From: a virus
Lineage: Duplodnaviria; Heunggongvirae; Uroviricota; Caudoviricetes
IMG/VR virus record: IMGVR_UViG_2908959467_000004
Direction: 5' to 3' (one strand)
DNA: 42,273 nucleotides
The notes under the pieces are model-generated. The model was given only the letters and a program-made list of their open reading frames with translations. It was not told where the DNA came from and did not search any database. Positions 38,813 through 42,273 of this stretch are shown here, in pieces (position 1 is the stretch's first letter; each line of letters begins with the position of its first letter). Made by a program: the position numbers and the translations under genes.

Positions 38813-40207
38813 ATGCCCAAAGTTTTCACGCCTCGCCCCTACCAAGATCTAATTATCAACCACGAAATCGACATTCACCGCTGCAACATCTGGGCAGGGA
38901 TGGGGATGGGTAAAACCGTAGCGACACTCACCACGCTGGAAGATCTTTTCATGGCGGGCTCAGAGACACAGCCCGCGCTGGTCCTCGCGCCCCTACGCGT
39001 TGCAGCAAGCACATGGCCGGATGAAGCGCTGAAATGGGGGCATCTGCGCAATATCGAGGTGCAGCCGATTGTTGGTAACGCCAAAGCGCGCTCTGCAGCG
39101 CTGGCGAACAGCAACGCGAGCGTGTTCACCATCAACTACGATAACCTTGTCTGGCTGGTTGAGGAATTGGGAGAACGATGGCCGTTCGGTACTGTCATTC
39201 CAGATGAAAGCACCCGGCTAAAATCCTTCCGGCTGCGAGGTGGTGGTAAGCGCGCGGCGGCGCTGGGCAAAGTGGCGCATAAGTATGTCCAGCGCTGGAT
39301 AAATCTCACCGGTACGCCAGCACCGAACGGCCTGGTAGATTTGTGGGGACAATTGTGGTTTGTGGACCAGGGGCAACGTCTCGGGCGCACTTACGGCGCG
39401 TTTACCTCACGCTGGTTCAACTCGATACAGTTTCCGGGGCAGAGCTGGACCAAACTGGAGCCGTTTGCTCACTCACAGGCTGAAATACAGCGAGCGTTAG
39501 CCGATGTGACCCTCTCGCTGGATGCGGCCGACTGGTTCGATATCAAAGACCCCATCCATAACGTAATCCGCGTGGATATGCCGCCGAAGGCCCGTCAGCA
39601 GTATCGTGAAATGGAAAAGGAAATGTTCCTCGAGCTGAATGGCGAAGGCATCGAAGCACCGAACGCCGCGGCAAAGACACTGAAATGTCTGCAAATCGCC
39701 AGTGGCGCAGTATACACAGACGACACCGGAAGTTGGTCAGAACTGCATGACACCAAACTACAAGCGCTGGACAGCATACTGACCGAAGCAGCTGGCGCAC
39801 CTGTGCTGGTTGCTTATCACTGGAAACACGATCTTGAACGCTTGCTTAAAGCATTCCCTCGCGGTCGTCACCTCGACCAGGATCCACAGACACTGCGCGA
39901 CTGGAATTCCGGAAAGATTCCTGTTCTCTTTGCACACCCAGCCAGCGCGGGCCACGGCCTGAACATGCAGGACGGCGGAAACATACTGGTGTTTTTCTCG
40001 CACTGGTGGGATCTGGAGCAGTACCAACAAATTATCGAACGCATCGGGCCAACCCGGCAGATTCAGGCCGGACACAACCGCCCGGTGTTCATTCACCACA
40101 TTATCGCCGCCGACACTATGGACGAAATGGTGATGGAGCGGCGCAACTCAAAACGAACAGTGCAGGACATCCTGCTCGATGCCATGAAAAAGAGAGGTAT
40201 AGCATGA
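38813..40207 (+). CDS. SNF2/DEAD-like helicase
   Basis: 464 aa; PYQ motif, Walker A GMGKT, DExx box IPDEST; C-terminal helicase domain. Confidence 0.8.
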   Translation: MPKVFTPRPYQDLIINHEIDIHRCNIWAGMGMGKTVATLTTLEDLFMAGSETQPALVLAPLRVAASTWPDEALKWGHLRNIEVQPIVGNAKARSAALANSNASVFTINYDNLVWLVEELGERWPFGTVIPDESTRLKSFRLRGGGKRAAALGKVAHKYVQRWINLTGTPAPNGLVDLWGQLWFVDQGQRLGRTYGAFTSRWFNSIQFPGQSWTKLEPFAHSQAEIQRALADVTLSLDAADWFDIKDPIHNVIRVDMPPKARQQYREMEKEMFLELNGEGIEAPNAAAKTLKCLQIASGAVYTDDTGSWSELHDTKLQALDSILTEAAGAPVLVAYHWKHDLERLLKAFPRGRHLDQDPQTLRDWNSGKIPVLFAHPASAGHGLNMQDGGNILVFFSHWWDLEQYQQIIERIGPTRQIQAGHNRPVFIHHIIAADTMDEMVMERRNSKRTVQDILLDAMKKRGIA

Positions 40208-40404
40208 GCGAGAAACCCGACGATTTACTCACCCCGGATGAAGTATGCCAAAAGTTAGGTATTACACAGAAAACGCTATGTGAGTGGAATATTAAGCATC
40301 GTCATCGGGCTATCCTGGCACCAATTCGTTTCAGTGCAAAAGTAGTTCGTTATGAGCGCCGCAATGTCGACGCTTTTATTCAAAAGTGTCGCAGCCGGTA
40401 TTAA
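40204..40404 (+). CDS. excisionase/AlpA-like HTH protein
   Basis: 66 aa from ATG overlapping the helicase stop (ATGA); HTH LTPDEVCQKLGITQKTLCEW; convergent with and adjacent to integrase. Confidence 0.65.
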   Translation: MSEKPDDLLTPDEVCQKLGITQKTLCEWNIKHRHRAILAPIRFSAKVVRYERRNVDAFIQKCRSRY

Positions 40405-41804
40405 CCTCGCCGCCGTAGCAATGCCACCTGCGCAAGTATGCTCCGCTCGTGAGCCTCGAAAGCTTCGCGCTTTAACGCAATCTCTTCCTGTAAAATCTCA
40501 TCAGAAAAGTCGTAATGTTCTGCCATCGGGTCATCTGACTTACTGGAGTGGTGAAGGCAAAGGAGGCTGATTTCCCTTCGGTCTGATCGGGAATAGCCTC
40601 TTTCCTTCATCAAGGCAATAACATTGCTCTTAAGGAATTTACGGCACATCGTATTAAATGCACCGTCTTTCCCTTTAACAGTCCCATCATGTTTTATTCC
40701 TTTTACAGCCCCGTCCGGGCTGTATGTTTTCACCAGCTTATCCAGTGATCGTTTTGAAAATGGCTGCATTGGATCACGTGGCTGCAAAAATACATAATCC
40801 CTGTTGCACTCAGGAACTGAATCACGCCATGCTTTCTGCTCGTCGATAATCCGCCGGATCTCCGGCGTTATTGGCAGGCGGAAAGCCTTTTGTGTTTTCA
40901 TAGCCCCTCGCATGCCGATAACCCCTTCAGGATAAACAATTTCGCCAGTCTCCTCGTGAACGTAGTCCCAGCGCAGGTTATGGACATTAATCGGACGAAC
41001 GCCGGTGATGATCATGAAGCGAACAGCATTCTTCTGGTGTACAGAGGTGCAGGCTGCAACATTGAGCCAGAGCCGGGCGATTGACTCAATATCGGTAAAA
41101 AGCCGTGTGGGGGTGGGTTTCTGTACGCGGGAGGAAACATAATCATCTGGCAGACTGGCGGCAACATTGCGGCCATTGCAAAGAGTAGGTGCGCAGAACT
41201 TCCAGAACCGACGGAGCTCGGCAAACAACTCCAGGGCGTTATTGTTCGAGCGAGTGGCGATCCACTCGTCCAGCACTTCCACCAGCCGATTGTATGTTAC
41301 GTCGCTGAACACCTCGCGCTCGCCGAACGTGGCTTTAATCCGGTCGATACGCACCCCGTAGGTTGTGAAACTGTCCGGGCTCAGCTTCTGCCGGGCGACT
41401 TTGGCTTTGAGGTCATCCCGGTACATTTCCAGCGCTGCATGTACGGACTCTGCCCGCAGGCCACCGTCAGCCATACCTAGCGCTTTTTCGCGCGCCAGCT
41501 GGATAGCGAGCTCCGGCCACTCGCCGAGCTTTTTACCTTTGAGGCCCATCTTTTTTGGAAACTCGGCGTAAAATGTAACCTTACCGGCTTTGCTGAAATC
41601 GATACGGAGATAGTTCTCTTTTTCGTATTTGGAACGGCGAGCCACGCCGGAAGCAGCGAGGATGATTTTGGCGGCAGCAACACAGATTTTCATGTGTGCG
41701 CTGGTATAGGGGGGTTTACAGGCGTCCCATTTTTCAGATGCGGCTAAAACATCGTCATTATTGGGGCTATCCGGATTATGTGTTACAGTTCGCGGCATTC
41801 TCAA
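40401..41804 (-). CDS. tyrosine integrase
   Basis: 467 aa; C-terminal catalytic region with conserved Arg (ITGVRPINV), His (LCLHHS) and Tyr (AEHYDF); terminal gene next to host DNA. Confidence 0.85.
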   Translation of the reverse strand: MRMPRTVTHNPDSPNNDDVLAASEKWDACKPPYTSAHMKICVAAAKIILAASGVARRSKYEKENYLRIDFSKAGKVTFYAEFPKKMGLKGKKLGEWPELAIQLAREKALGMADGGLRAESVHAALEMYRDDLKAKVARQKLSPDSFTTYGVRIDRIKATFGEREVFSDVTYNRLVEVLDEWIATRSNNNALELFAELRRFWKFCAPTLCNGRNVAASLPDDYVSSRVQKPTPTRLFTDIESIARLWLNVAACTSVHQKNAVRFMIITGVRPINVHNLRWDYVHEETGEIVYPEGVIGMRGAMKTQKAFRLPITPEIRRIIDEQKAWRDSVPECNRDYVFLQPRDPMQPFSKRSLDKLVKTYSPDGAVKGIKHDGTVKGKDGAFNTMCRKFLKSNVIALMKERGYSRSDRREISLLCLHHSSKSDDPMAEHYDFSDEILQEEIALKREAFEAHERSILAQVALLRRRG

Positions 41805-42003
41805 TCCTTATCTGCGTAGGCGCAGAAAACAAGCTCACACATACAAGTCTTTTCTACGGGACAAAATGCAATGTGTTGCGGTTTTGTGTTGCTGGACTGA
41901 GTTTATCAAGGTTAAATACACTGGATCAACATACAGTAAGTTAATGACAGTAAAGCATACAAGCTCGATACAACTTACTGATTTTAAAATGATTTAACGG
42001 TAA

Positions 42004-42273
<270 letters not shown>

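Overview
The window is almost entirely one integrated prophage (~1 to ~41.8 kb) ending at a tyrosine integrase beside the host ferredoxin gene yfhL (42013..42273). All calls come from reading the sequence and ORF translations by eye; no database search was run. Right to left on the minus strand it carries a lambda-like lytic arm: Cro-like repressor, P4-alpha/D5-type primase-helicase, an iteron-rich putative origin, a Q-like antiterminator, a late regulatory region, lysis genes (holin, lambda R-like endolysin, Rz-like spanin), terminase, portal, Mu-F-like head protein, capsid and a Mu-like contractile tail/baseplate module ending in tail fiber and tail fiber assembly genes. Divergent from Cro is a CI/LexA-like repressor, then a plus-strand early operon (DUF2800-like nuclease, DUF2815-like SSB, family A DNA polymerase, small methyltransferase-like protein, VRR-NUC, C5-cytosine methyltransferase, SNF2 helicase, AlpA-like excisionase). 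The most unusual items are a macro-domain protein wedged between the tail fiber and its assembly chaperone, a decayed DNA-invertase remnant next to a low-GC acetyltransferase and two unknown cargo genes at the left end, two extensively overlapping protein-like reading frames in the C5-methyltransferase locus, and several small oppositely oriented membrane/secreted genes inside structural and replication operons.
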